64,000 bases of DNA, taken from assembly GCA_965649265.1 (NCBI GenBank), contig CBFGKC010000001.1:77119-141118 (forward strand). Direction: 5' to 3'. Shown here in pieces: positions 1-8,299 of the stretch. A program made the position numbers and the translations under genes. Within the stretch, counting starts at the first letter, position 1, and every line of letters begins with the position of its first letter. Below the pieces are notes generated by a model. It was not told the DNA's origin. It saw nothing but the letters and a program-made list of their open reading frames with translations, and did not search any database. The DNA is from a candidate division WOR-3 bacterium. GTDB lineage: Bacteria; Hydrothermota; Tepidihabitantia; B3-TA06.

Positions 1-118
1 TTATCACGTACTTCCACTCCGCGCCTTAATTGAAGGGATAATATGTATCCTGAGCCTTGGTGTAGTCAAACGCCGCAAGACACAAGACAACCGCTGTTAC
101 TGCAGGAAAACGACTCAT
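1..118 (-). pseudogene. 5' end of a secreted-protein gene with an in-frame TAA at 26-28 (pseudogene or sequence error); runs off the window edge
   Basis: AGGAGG RBS (124-129), ATG at 118, signal peptide MSRFPAVTAVVLCLAAF, then DTYYPFN*GAEWKYVI, which reads protein-like across the stop; promoter TTGACA-N16-TATACT at 166-193. Confidence 0.55.
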
Positions 119-248
119 GACATCCTCCTCATACTGTCGACGTTAGTTTACTTTTCTCGTTGGGTAGTATAGCATGTATGTACTCGGTGTCAATGGGGAA
201 AGTCAGCTTCTTGACATCTGCCGCGTGGGAGAGGCCTCGAGAGAGAAT

Positions 249-293
249 GAGACCCTCACGGCTAACGCCTCCGGCGTCAGACCTCAGGGTGAC
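249..293 (-). repeat. REP-like palindromic element (GTCA..CTGAG...GAG..TCTC family)
   Basis: gtcaccctgaggtctgacgccggaggcgttagccgtgagggtctc resembles copies at 5775-5810 and 47189-47228. Confidence 0.55.
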
Positions 294-396
294 TGACTCA
301 AGGAGGAGGGCGGGAGGAGGGCGGGGGGACCACGGAAAGTTACGAAGTAACTTCATGGCGTATCAACATGGTTCCCGGTAAAAACACAGAGCTTTT

Positions 397-3381
397 TTAC
401 CGGCTTACAATTACCATCGGCCTTGTAACCCCCGCGCGTATCTGCGTGCGGCCGGAAAGGCTCGCATGCCGGCCCTGGCACCCGGCGAGAAACTTCGCAT
501 AGTCATCGTTCATGTCGAAGCGTCCGAAGCCCTCGGTAAGGATGAGGGTGAAGGGTATTTGCTCGTCGCCAGTGAGCGCCACGCCCATCTCCTGTCCGTA
601 GAAGCGCACCCAGTCGGCGTTCTCGACGGACGGCGCTACGATGCCTGCAACCTCTATCTCCGCCGCCTTTCGGAGGAACTCCTCGTCAATGGGCTGAGCG
701 GTCACGACTATCTTTCCCTTGAGGCCGAAATCGATATCGGTGGATTTCGTCAAGACGGCGAGTTCGCCCCACGCCTCGCGACCGAACCCGAGGATGCCGT
801 AGAGTATTGTCCCTTCGCCTGAGATATGGGCGCTGAAGGCGGGCCTTATATGGGATACGGTGCCGCCTACGAAGGATTTCAAGGATACGGGCTTGATGTC
901 GTACTGTATGGTTACGGTTCCCTCTCTTGTGTCCATTTTTTTGAGCACGCCCGTTGACGGGGCTTTCACGAACGCAGCCTGTGAAAGATCCTGGGCTATC
1001 ACCTGATCCTTCTCCACGAAATCGCCCTCTCTTACCTTGAGATATCCGGAAACGTGCCTGGGCGCAATCCTGAGCGCCCTGGCGACTCCCACGACGTGCG
1101 GTTTCTCGTCGTAGTCCTGTATCTCCCGCATGATGATGAGCCCGCCCTTTTCGATGTGCGAGATTCGCGCGCGAAGGGGGGAGGAGATGAAATAGGGTAT
1201 CCCGAGCAGGTTGCCCTTCGTCGTCTTGAAGAGGTGGGTTCCCAGCTGCACCTGATCGCCGGCCTTCACGAGCATGCCTTCCTCGATTTCCTTTTCGTCG
1301 AGCGTGGTCTCATGGCCGAGGAAGCGGTAGATGTCTATTATGTAAAGCTTGGGTGGGCCGAAGCGGTTCTCACCTATGGCGGTATCGGGAGTTACGCTCT
1401 GGCCCTCGCGGACGAATATCTCGCCCTCGTAAGGAAGCCTGCGCTCGAAGGTGTAGGTGCCTGTGGCTATTTCGGATGCCCCCCTGCGCACATCCGTCTT
1501 AAAACCTTCCGCGGGGAAGAGATTCCAGATGCCGGATTTCGAAAGTGGGATATCGAGCATTCTTTCGCCCCTGCCCCTGCAGTCGAACAATACGGGCAGA
1601 GTCGTTTTTAGGGAGACTTGTTTGAGCCCGCCCGCCAGGCTCGCTTCCTTCGACAGGAGAATGGTGAGCTCGCCGTGATCGTTGAGATAGAGCGCTTGAC
1701 CTCCCTTGAGAGTGTGGCTCGTGCCTTTGTTGTCCTTGACGGTGAGAACCTCTCTTCTGGGGGATAAGTTGCCGAGGGGAGCGACAACGAACGCAAGATC
1801 CTCCAGGCATTGGCGGGAATAGAGGTCCAGCGCGAGCGCGGGGTCAAGGCGGGAGAGCGCGCCCATGTGGGGGCTCTTGAAGTTCTTATCGAGGGAAATT
1901 TTGGTGATGCCCGAGGGCTTGAAGCCTTCAACAAGAACCCAGAGCGCCTCTTCTTTTGATTTCGCATGCGACAGCACACCGCCCGCGCCTATTATCCTCT
2001 GGATATCCTTGGGCTGGAAGTAGGTGTCCTCCTGGATGAAGAAAAGCTCCTCGAACGCGTCCACGTCCTTGCGCAGCTTTCGCCTGTCGAGCCTGCCCAC
2101 GCGCGCTATCTTGAAGTTCATCTCCTTGTGCTGGTCCCACGCGATTGCGATGCCTTCCGCAGCCGCGGCTTGTTCGACTAATCTCTCGCAGTCGTGACGG
2201 GGGACGTAGGTCGGGTTAAGGGTCTTGTTGGCTATGTAGTCGCGCACCTCGTTCTCGGAGTATTCTTCAGGGAGGTGCCGGAGAATTTTGCCTATCCCGC
2301 TCTGGGCAAGGACGTTGGAAAGGGAGTAGCTGACGCCTATGTTAGCGGCCACCGTGCGGTGGTATGCCCCCATTATATTGGAGAAGATGTCGGTCGTCGC
2401 GCCGCCTATGTCGGCGGCGGCGATGTTCTCGCCGGTGCTCCGGCCGTAGAGACCAAGGATGCTTGCTACCCCGGCGGGCGTGGGAAGGATATCGGCCGCG
2501 ACCCAGCTCTTGAGCGCGGCATACCCGGGCGCGCGCTCCATTACGTTCTCCATGAACAGCTCGTGCACCTTGCGCTTTGCAGGCTCCGTGTTCATATCCT
2601 TCATGGAAGGCCTGATGTTGGCAACCGTGTGCACCTCGAAGTGCTCCTCGAGCACCCTCAGGACGAACCTCTGTGCGTCCACGTTACCGCAGAAAACGAG
2701 CGGTATGCGATCGGACGAGCGGAACTTCGGCTCTGGCTCTGCGAGCGACAAGAGCTCTGCCAGGTTTACGACGCCGGAGATTGCGCCGCCGTCTATACCG
2801 CCGGCCATGAGAACGAGGTCGGGGTGAAGCTCACGTATTAGCCGCATCTTTTCGACTACAGGTATGTGGTCGTCGATGGTCAGGGTCTTGAGAATGACTC
2901 CGCCCGCACCGTAGGCGGTCATCTGTGCCACGCGGCCCGTCTCGACCGCCGAAAGCCCGAACACCAGCATTCCCAGCCCGCCGCCCGCGGAGCTCGTCGT
3001 GATATAGGGGAAGGAGATACGACCGGCGCTATCGAGGAGTTTTATCCGGGACTTCTCCTCGAGCCCCTTCACGGCGTTGATGACTCCTATCTTCACGTCC
3101 TCGTATGGTTTCTCGACCGTTGTCGGCACCTCATGCTCGGCCGCGAGCGTGTAGGCGAGCATGGTTTCTGCCGGGGTCCCCACTGGAGCGCGAAGCGATC
3201 CTGCGGGGTGAACATCCGGGGTCCCCGAAGGAGTGCCCTGCAATCCTTTGGGGTGAATGTCCGGGGTCCCCGAAGGAACACGCGGCGATTCTTCAGGGTG
3301 TTTTTTTGAGAGGAGGAGAGCCTTGGTCGTCGTCGAGCCTATGTCGGTGATGATAATGTGATCGGCCTCGTTAATCTTCAT
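397..3381 (-). CDS. Glutamate mutase L (GlmL/MutL-like ASKHA reactivase) fused to a ~370-aa C-terminal accessory module; carries a 3x45-bp in-frame repeat insertion
   Basis: DIGSTTTKA, TSSAGGGL, LMAGGIDGG, DIGGATTDIFS motifs; C-terminal ERRLPYEGEIFVREGQSV...TQIRAGVTRP module; ATG 3381 has AAGGAG RBS (ORF track starts 3402). Confidence 0.75.
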   Translation of the reverse strand: MKINEADHIIITDIGSTTTKALLLSKKHPEESPRVPSGTPDIHPKGLQGTPSGTPDVHPAGSLRAPVGTPAETMLAYTLAAEHEVPTTVEKPYEDVKIGVINAVKGLEEKSRIKLLDSAGRISFPYITTSSAGGGLGMLVFGLSAVETGRVAQMTAYGAGGVILKTLTIDDHIPVVEKMRLIRELHPDLVLMAGGIDGGAISGVVNLAELLSLAEPEPKFRSSDRIPLVFCGNVDAQRFVLRVLEEHFEVHTVANIRPSMKDMNTEPAKRKVHELFMENVMERAPGYAALKSWVAADILPTPAGVASILGLYGRSTGENIAAADIGGATTDIFSNIMGAYHRTVAANIGVSYSLSNVLAQSGIGKILRHLPEEYSENEVRDYIANKTLNPTYVPRHDCERLVEQAAAAEGIAIAWDQHKEMNFKIARVGRLDRRKLRKDVDAFEELFFIQEDTYFQPKDIQRIIGAGGVLSHAKSKEEALWVLVEGFKPSGITKISLDKNFKSPHMGALSRLDPALALDLYSRQCLEDLAFVVAPLGNLSPRREVLTVKDNKGTSHTLKGGQALYLNDHGELTILLSKEASLAGGLKQVSLKTTLPVLFDCRGRGERMLDIPLSKSGIWNLFPAEGFKTDVRRGASEIATGTYTFERRLPYEGEIFVREGQSVTPDTAIGENRFGPPKLYIIDIYRFLGHETTLDEKEIEEGMLVKAGDQVQLGTHLFKTTKGNLLGIPYFISSPLRARISHIEKGGLIIMREIQDYDEKPHVVGVARALRIAPRHVSGYLKVREGDFVEKDQVIAQDLSQAAFVKAPSTGVLKKMDTREGTVTIQYDIKPVSLKSFVGGTVSHIRPAFSAHISGEGTILYGILGFGREAWGELAVLTKSTDIDFGLKGKIVVTAQPIDEEFLRKAAEIEVAGIVAPSVENADWVRFYGQEMGVALTGDEQIPFTLILTEGFGRFDMNDDYAKFLAGCQGRHASLSGRTQIRAGVTRPMVIVSR
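3171..3305 (+). repeat. Three tandem 45-bp GGGGTCCCC-N23-GGGGTG hairpin units inside the GlmL CDS
   Basis: Units start at 3171, 3216, 3261; translate as HP-x8-GTP peptides. Confidence 0.9.
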
Positions 3382-3743
3382 ACACCACTCCTTTGATTTC
3401 AAAAAAGACTTTCTTTTGCTGCTTGCGATAAAAACTGCTCACATGATACCTCTTAGCGTAAACTATAGGCTGGTGGAGGCGCTCGTCAAGGGGTTTTTCC
3501 CCAACTTACATATAGACGTAATTTCTGCCGTAATATTTCTTTATTTATTCTTTAATGTAAAATAAGGATTATTTTAGGCTTTCTTTATTAATCATAAAAA
3601 ACTGCACTTATGCGGAGATCCCCTTCCTTTGACTGCTGGGCCGGCGTACACTCTGGAAGATCGCCTGCTGATCGTGAGCGCTCGACCTCCTGGGAGCCCC
3701 CTCGCCCTTTGGGTAAGAGAAAGGTGAGGGTGTAATGGGGGAG

Positions 3744-3851
3744 GTGTGTTACTGAGGAGATGTGTTACGGGGGTGGTGTGTTACGGGGGGAGGGTGTGTT
3801 ACGGGAAGGAGGGTGTCACGGGTGTGTGTGTTACGGGTGTTATTTCCTTAG
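3744..3851 (+). repeat. Cluster of GTGTTACGGG short repeats (about 6 copies)
   Basis: Directly visible; reverse complement of the CCCGTAACAC array at 21261-21590, including the CTAAGGAAATAACAC end. Confidence 0.85.
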
Positions 3852-3958
3852 AACAAAGCTGCATATGAGAACCCCCCGGAGGGGGGCGGGTTTTACGGGG
3901 CGCTTGACACTTCGAAGAAAGCGGCTATGCTTGGCAGGATAACAGACTGGAGGTTCAC

Positions 3959-5578
3959 GTGAAGCGAGTGATTGTTACAAGCCTTTTCCTGTTCTTTTCG
4001 ATCTATGCAAAGTGGCAGAACCCAACGCCTATCTACGTAGGGCCGGGTGACCAGACGATAGATATGGTAATATCTGACGGCGCGGGCGGCGCTGCGGTGC
4101 TGTGGCATGACGGTCAGACCGGCTGGGAGTTCATGAACGTGATAGACTCTGCAGGCAACCTCAAGTGGGGTAAGCAGGGTGTGGCCGTGCTCGTGATGGG
4201 CGATACCACGACAGCTAACCCGGACATGTTCCTTGATTCCCTTGGCAGCTACTGGGTTGCGCTTGAGGCTGCAGCTGATATCCACGTACAGAAGATATCG
4301 CCAACGGGCCAGCGGCTATTCGGGGACAGAGGGGTGGCCGTTTGCACGGCGGAAGGAACTCAAACCTTTGCTAAGCTCTGTTATTCCGGAGAAGGGGCTA
4401 TTGTTGTATGGATGGATGAACGTGATGCATTGGACTATCGTAATTATTCACAACGTGTCAGTAGTGAAGGTATAACATTATGGGAAAACGATGGAATGCC
4501 GATTTCTGATTCTCCCTATGGATGGTTTGCTAACTGTGTTTCAGATGGAGTTAATGGGGCTTTTTATATCTTTAGACAATGGATTGATTCTCAAAATCAT
4601 ATTGCCCTCCAAAGATTAGATTCTCTCGGCTCAAGAATGTGGGGTGATTCTGGAATCTATTATGGGGTAGGAAAAATCTGGACGGAATCTGGCTTCCTTT
4701 GTGGTCATATGAATGAAGTTGAAGATAGTGGTTTTATTTTCTTTTATGAATCAGGCGGGTACTACAGAACTAACCGCGTTAATAGTTTCGGAATCATGCA
4801 ATGGGATACTTCAGAGGTTATTCTAGGAAATGATAACGACCACTACTTCGGCAACGTTTCACGACTTCCTTCCGGTGATTGGTATATAGTGAGGGGATCG
4901 GGAATAGCACTTCCTTTTGAAGGCGTTTATGCTCATATCGTGACACTTGATGGAGAAACCCCTTTAGACGATACAGGTAGAAGTGTTTGGAATAAATGGG
5001 CATATAATCCCCGCAGTTATATTATTCCAGACGTAACTGAAGAAGGCATTATCGCATGGAGGGATATCTATGACGAAGGAGAACCTTCTGGTGACAAGTA
5101 TATTGAACAGGGTATTATGGCTCAACGCATTGATAACTCAGGAAATATCCTTTGGCCTGAAGAAGTCCACGTTGCAGGTATTCAAGGACTTTCCCCTCAA
5201 GTTGTTGGAACTTTTGATAAGGCTGGAGTCATTGCCTGGAATGACAACCGTAACGGCAACCTTGACGTTTATACTACAAGGATAGATTCATCAGGTAAAT
5301 TGCCTCCTGGAATCGAAGAACAACCTGTTCTTCAATCTCCTGCGGAGCTTGAAACCCCATCAAACATTGCTTCTGGCAATGTCCTGCTTAGGTATTTCCT
5401 GAACCCAAGCGAGCGTGGCAGCCTCAAGCTCTTCGACGCGTCTGGCAGGATGGTTGAGAGCGTTTCAGTTCAAGGGCAAGGCGAGGTGAAGTTCGCGGCA
5501 TTTTCGGCAGGCGTCTACTTTGTTCGGCTCCAGGCGGGAGGTGGCGGGATCACGAAAAAGATCGTCGTGGTAAGATAA
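3959..5578 (+). CDS. Secreted beta-rich protein with T9SS type A-like C-terminal sorting domain
   Basis: Signal peptide; SDGxGGA/W-D-R repeats; GIEE linker and LFDASGRMV...AGVYFVRL...KKIVVVR CTD; promoter TTGACA-N16-TATGCT at 3904-3931. Confidence 0.8.
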   Translation: MKRVIVTSLFLFFSIYAKWQNPTPIYVGPGDQTIDMVISDGAGGAAVLWHDGQTGWEFMNVIDSAGNLKWGKQGVAVLVMGDTTTANPDMFLDSLGSYWVALEAAADIHVQKISPTGQRLFGDRGVAVCTAEGTQTFAKLCYSGEGAIVVWMDERDALDYRNYSQRVSSEGITLWENDGMPISDSPYGWFANCVSDGVNGAFYIFRQWIDSQNHIALQRLDSLGSRMWGDSGIYYGVGKIWTESGFLCGHMNEVEDSGFIFFYESGGYYRTNRVNSFGIMQWDTSEVILGNDNDHYFGNVSRLPSGDWYIVRGSGIALPFEGVYAHIVTLDGETPLDDTGRSVWNKWAYNPRSYIIPDVTEEGIIAWRDIYDEGEPSGDKYIEQGIMAQRIDNSGNILWPEEVHVAGIQGLSPQVVGTFDKAGVIAWNDNRNGNLDVYTTRIDSSGKLPPGIEEQPVLQSPAELETPSNIASGNVLLRYFLNPSERGSLKLFDASGRMVESVSVQGQGEVKFAAFSAGVYFVRLQAGGGGITKKIVVVR

Positions 5579-5583
5579 TCACC

Positions 5584-6472
5584 GTCATCTGCGAGCTAGC
5601 CGCTGGGGGCGGCATGGGCGGAAGCTTTGCTTCCGCAGTCAAGCGACTGTGGCGATCTCATGGCACAAAGCTCGAAACACATAGGATACTCCCTCAATAA
5701 ATGCGCTTGCCCCGGGGTCCCCAAGGAGGCGCAGAGCGACTTCTTGGGGTGGACACCCCCCTAACACTTACAACGTCATCCTGAGGGAGCGTAGCGCCCG
5801 TGAGGATCGCCTGGTTGATCCTGTATCTCATTACGAGAGGTCTCACCTTGCCCCCAACCCCTTCCCGTCAAGGGAAGGGGTTGCGTTCCCCTCACCCCAC
5901 CCTCTCCCGAAGGGAGAGGGTAAGCTAAGAAACCTCCCGCCCTCGGTGGGATGGATTGAGTTCGTAGGGGCCGACCTTCAGCGTGCCCCTTGGGATAAGC
6001 TTTATCCCATAGGGTATCAGGTCGGCCCGGGGCATTTCGACCGGCATCTTAAGGAGCATTTTCGTCAAGACGAAAATAGATGGCTCCCTGCGTTCGCCCT
6101 TTGGAGGCTTCGCACCGCCTGAAACGGCCACCTTCTCAAGTCGAGGGAATTAATCGAAGATCCCTGCGCCAAAGGTCTTCGAGGCCGTACACCTCACCTT
6201 CATAAGAGTGCCCCGTAACACACACCTTGTCATCTGCAAGCTAGCCGCCGGGGGCGGCATGGGCGGAAGCTTTGCTTCCGCAGTCAAGCGACTGTGGCGA
6301 TCTCCTGGCACAAAGTCAAAACTCACTGGATACATTTATAGATCAATGCGATTGCTTCGCCGGCTCTGCGCCGTCTCGCAATGACGTTGGTTTTTGTATA
6401 ATGAAAAGGGTTGTCTTTGCGAGTGTCGCTGTGAGCGACCGAAGCAATCTATTCCCGGAGGGAATGTACCTT
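5584..6472. repeat. Composite intergenic cluster of REP-like palindromes, including an 87-bp direct repeat (5584-5670 / 6229-6315)
   Basis: 87-bp copies with 3 mismatches; GGGGTCCCC-N23 unit 5714-5751; CCCTCTCCC..GGGAGAGGG hairpins 5857-5920; GTAGGGGCCGACC..GGTCGGCCC 5964-6028; GATTGCTTCG..CTCGCAATGAC 6350-6386. Confidence 0.8.
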
Positions 6473-6747
6473 ATAAGATCTTACCGGCAACTCAAAGCTC
6501 CCTCTTCTCGGGGCCCCCAAAGAACTGCTTCTAGCAGTCCTTTGGGGCAGAAAAAAAACCCCGAAAGGCCCAAAAATCGTCCGTTCAGGTTTTTGACTTC
6601 TAATTCACGGTCTTACTTAAGTTATATGCGATTTACCCCTCTTTTTGGCCGTTTTTTTGTCCCACTTTTTTTCCCGGTTTTTCACCCCGGTACAGCCGGA
6701 CTCCCCGGAAAATCAGTGTTCTAAGTTGTTTGTGGAAGGTAAGTTGC

Positions 6748-8283
6748 TTAAACCGCCTCGCGGAAGAAGCTGTCGAAAGCCTGCGGGCGGAGGTATTTTT
6801 TGAGTTTTTTAATGGAACGCTCTTTTATCTGTCGCGCCGCCTCGCGCGAGATGTTCAGCAAGTCGCCTATTTCTCGTAAGTTAAGCTCTTGCTGCGGAGG
6901 CGTAATGCCCCAGAAAAGCGCCATTATCTCGGTCTCGATGAGCTCGAACCCCTCGAACTGATCGGTCAGCATGGAGGCCATATTTTTTACAACCTTGCTC
7001 ATTACACGCAGCATAATTTTACGCGAGGCTTCATCCGTTTTTTTCAAAACCTCCGGCAAAGCCTGAAGCTGGACAGGGGTGAGTTTTGCGTAATGTCGTA
7101 AACCTTCGTCACCTATGCTGCGGCGCAGTCGTGAGATGAGTTTTCTTGATGCTGTGCAGAGCGTGTGCTGGATGTCCTCACTGCTTGAACCGAAGATATT
7201 TGAGATACGTTTCAAATTAAAGCGACCCTGCGGAAGCGGGATTCCAAAGTGCCGCGTAACCACGTACAGTTCCCTGTCGGCAAGCGCGTCGTAAAGCGAT
7301 GCACGCACGTCGCGCTCAATCTGCTCGCGACCAGAGAGCTCGGTGGGCAGGGGGGAGGTAGTGTCCTTGAGCACTTCTTCGAAGGTGACCTTGGAATCAT
7401 CGAACGGCAGGGCGTCTATTGAGAGTTCTGCGACTCCGCAGTCGAAAGCACACGAGACCTCCTCGGGCGATACCTCAAGCTCGCGTGCCAGCTCTTCTAT
7501 CGAGGGAGTCCTTCCGAATCTTTGGGCCAGGATGCCGTAACTGTCACGAATTTTTTTTGCAAGGTTACGCATCTTTATAGGAAGCTTTATGAGATGGCGA
7601 GAGGCAAGAGCAGTGACGATGTAGTAGCGTATCCACCAGTTCGAGTACGTGGTCAGTCGTGTCTTGCGGGCCTCGTCGAATTTTGAAACAGCCTGAATGA
7701 GACCGAGGTTGCCCTCGTTTATGAGTTCAGAGAGCGCGAGACCCCGGTTCTGGTACTGCTTGGCGATTGTGACGACCCAGCGGAGATTGTGAACAATTAG
7801 TTTGTCGCGAGCTTCGCGGTTATAATCCAGGAGACCCGCGTTGGCGGCGGGAGAGTCCGGCTCGACCTCGACCACGACAAGCCCTTGTTTGATGTTCCCT
7901 ATGGATTTCCTCTGTTCCGGGGCAATCTCCCCAAGCTCGATAAGTTTCATACCCAGGATGGAGACTGACCGATCGACCTTCTCTTTCATAGGGGGCATCA
8001 GGGCTGGAAGGACCAGCATCATCTCGACCTCTCTACCGGATCGAATGCATCCAAGGGAAACTTGTGAGCTTGCGCCCTCACGCTTGAGCTGCTTGATCAG
8101 GCTTGAACGGGAAGCCAGGGGCTTCCCGTTCAACGAGATTATCAAATCACCGAACTTGGCCTGCTTTGCGTACCCCTCCTCCTCTTCACGCGTGAGCAAC
8201 GGGTAGCGCATTATTTGCTTGAAATAGCGCCCCAGCGAGCGGTCGGATGCCCATCTAAGCATCGGTTCAACCCCTCCGTTCAA
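6748..8283 (-). CDS. RpoD/RpoS-like sigma70 factor with inserted PDZ-like domain and duplicated region 4
   Basis: Region 1.2 YFKQIMRYPLLTREEE; region 2 HNLRWVVTIAKQYQNRGL..ELINEGNLGLIQAVSKFD..TYSNWWIR; region 3 GRTPSIEELARELEVS; region 4 LNLREIGDLLNISREAARQI; start may be ATG 8262. Confidence 0.88.
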   Translation of the reverse strand: MNGGVEPMLRWASDRSLGRYFKQIMRYPLLTREEEEGYAKQAKFGDLIISLNGKPLASRSSLIKQLKREGASSQVSLGCIRSGREVEMMLVLPALMPPMKEKVDRSVSILGMKLIELGEIAPEQRKSIGNIKQGLVVVEVEPDSPAANAGLLDYNREARDKLIVHNLRWVVTIAKQYQNRGLALSELINEGNLGLIQAVSKFDEARKTRLTTYSNWWIRYYIVTALASRHLIKLPIKMRNLAKKIRDSYGILAQRFGRTPSIEELARELEVSPEEVSCAFDCGVAELSIDALPFDDSKVTFEEVLKDTTSPLPTELSGREQIERDVRASLYDALADRELYVVTRHFGIPLPQGRFNLKRISNIFGSSSEDIQHTLCTASRKLISRLRRSIGDEGLRHYAKLTPVQLQALPEVLKKTDEASRKIMLRVMSKVVKNMASMLTDQFEGFELIETEIMALFWGITPPQQELNLREIGDLLNISREAARQIKERSIKKLKKYLRPQAFDSFFREAV

Positions 8284-8299
8284 TCATATTCTTATCTCC

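Noticed and set aside
220-336. 6S or SRP RNA
   Set aside because: Lacks the SRP core motif and 6S central bubble; the core matches the REP-like family seen at 5775 and 47189
3171-3305. CRISPR-like reading of the 45-bp units (conserved ends, variable middle)
   Set aside because: Only 2-3 units per locus, the variable parts are self-complementary, units lie inside CDSs, and there are no cas genes or leader
6272-6724. 150-aa ORF and other short ORFs in 5579-6747, 21116-21910 and 61107-61523
   Set aside because: Translations of repeats or regulatory DNA with no RBS or protein-like motifs
7828-8151. Intein in the sigma factor (also considered for the HypF inserts)
   Set aside because: No Cys/Ser start or His-Asn end; the sequence fits PDZ motifs or the palindromic element instead
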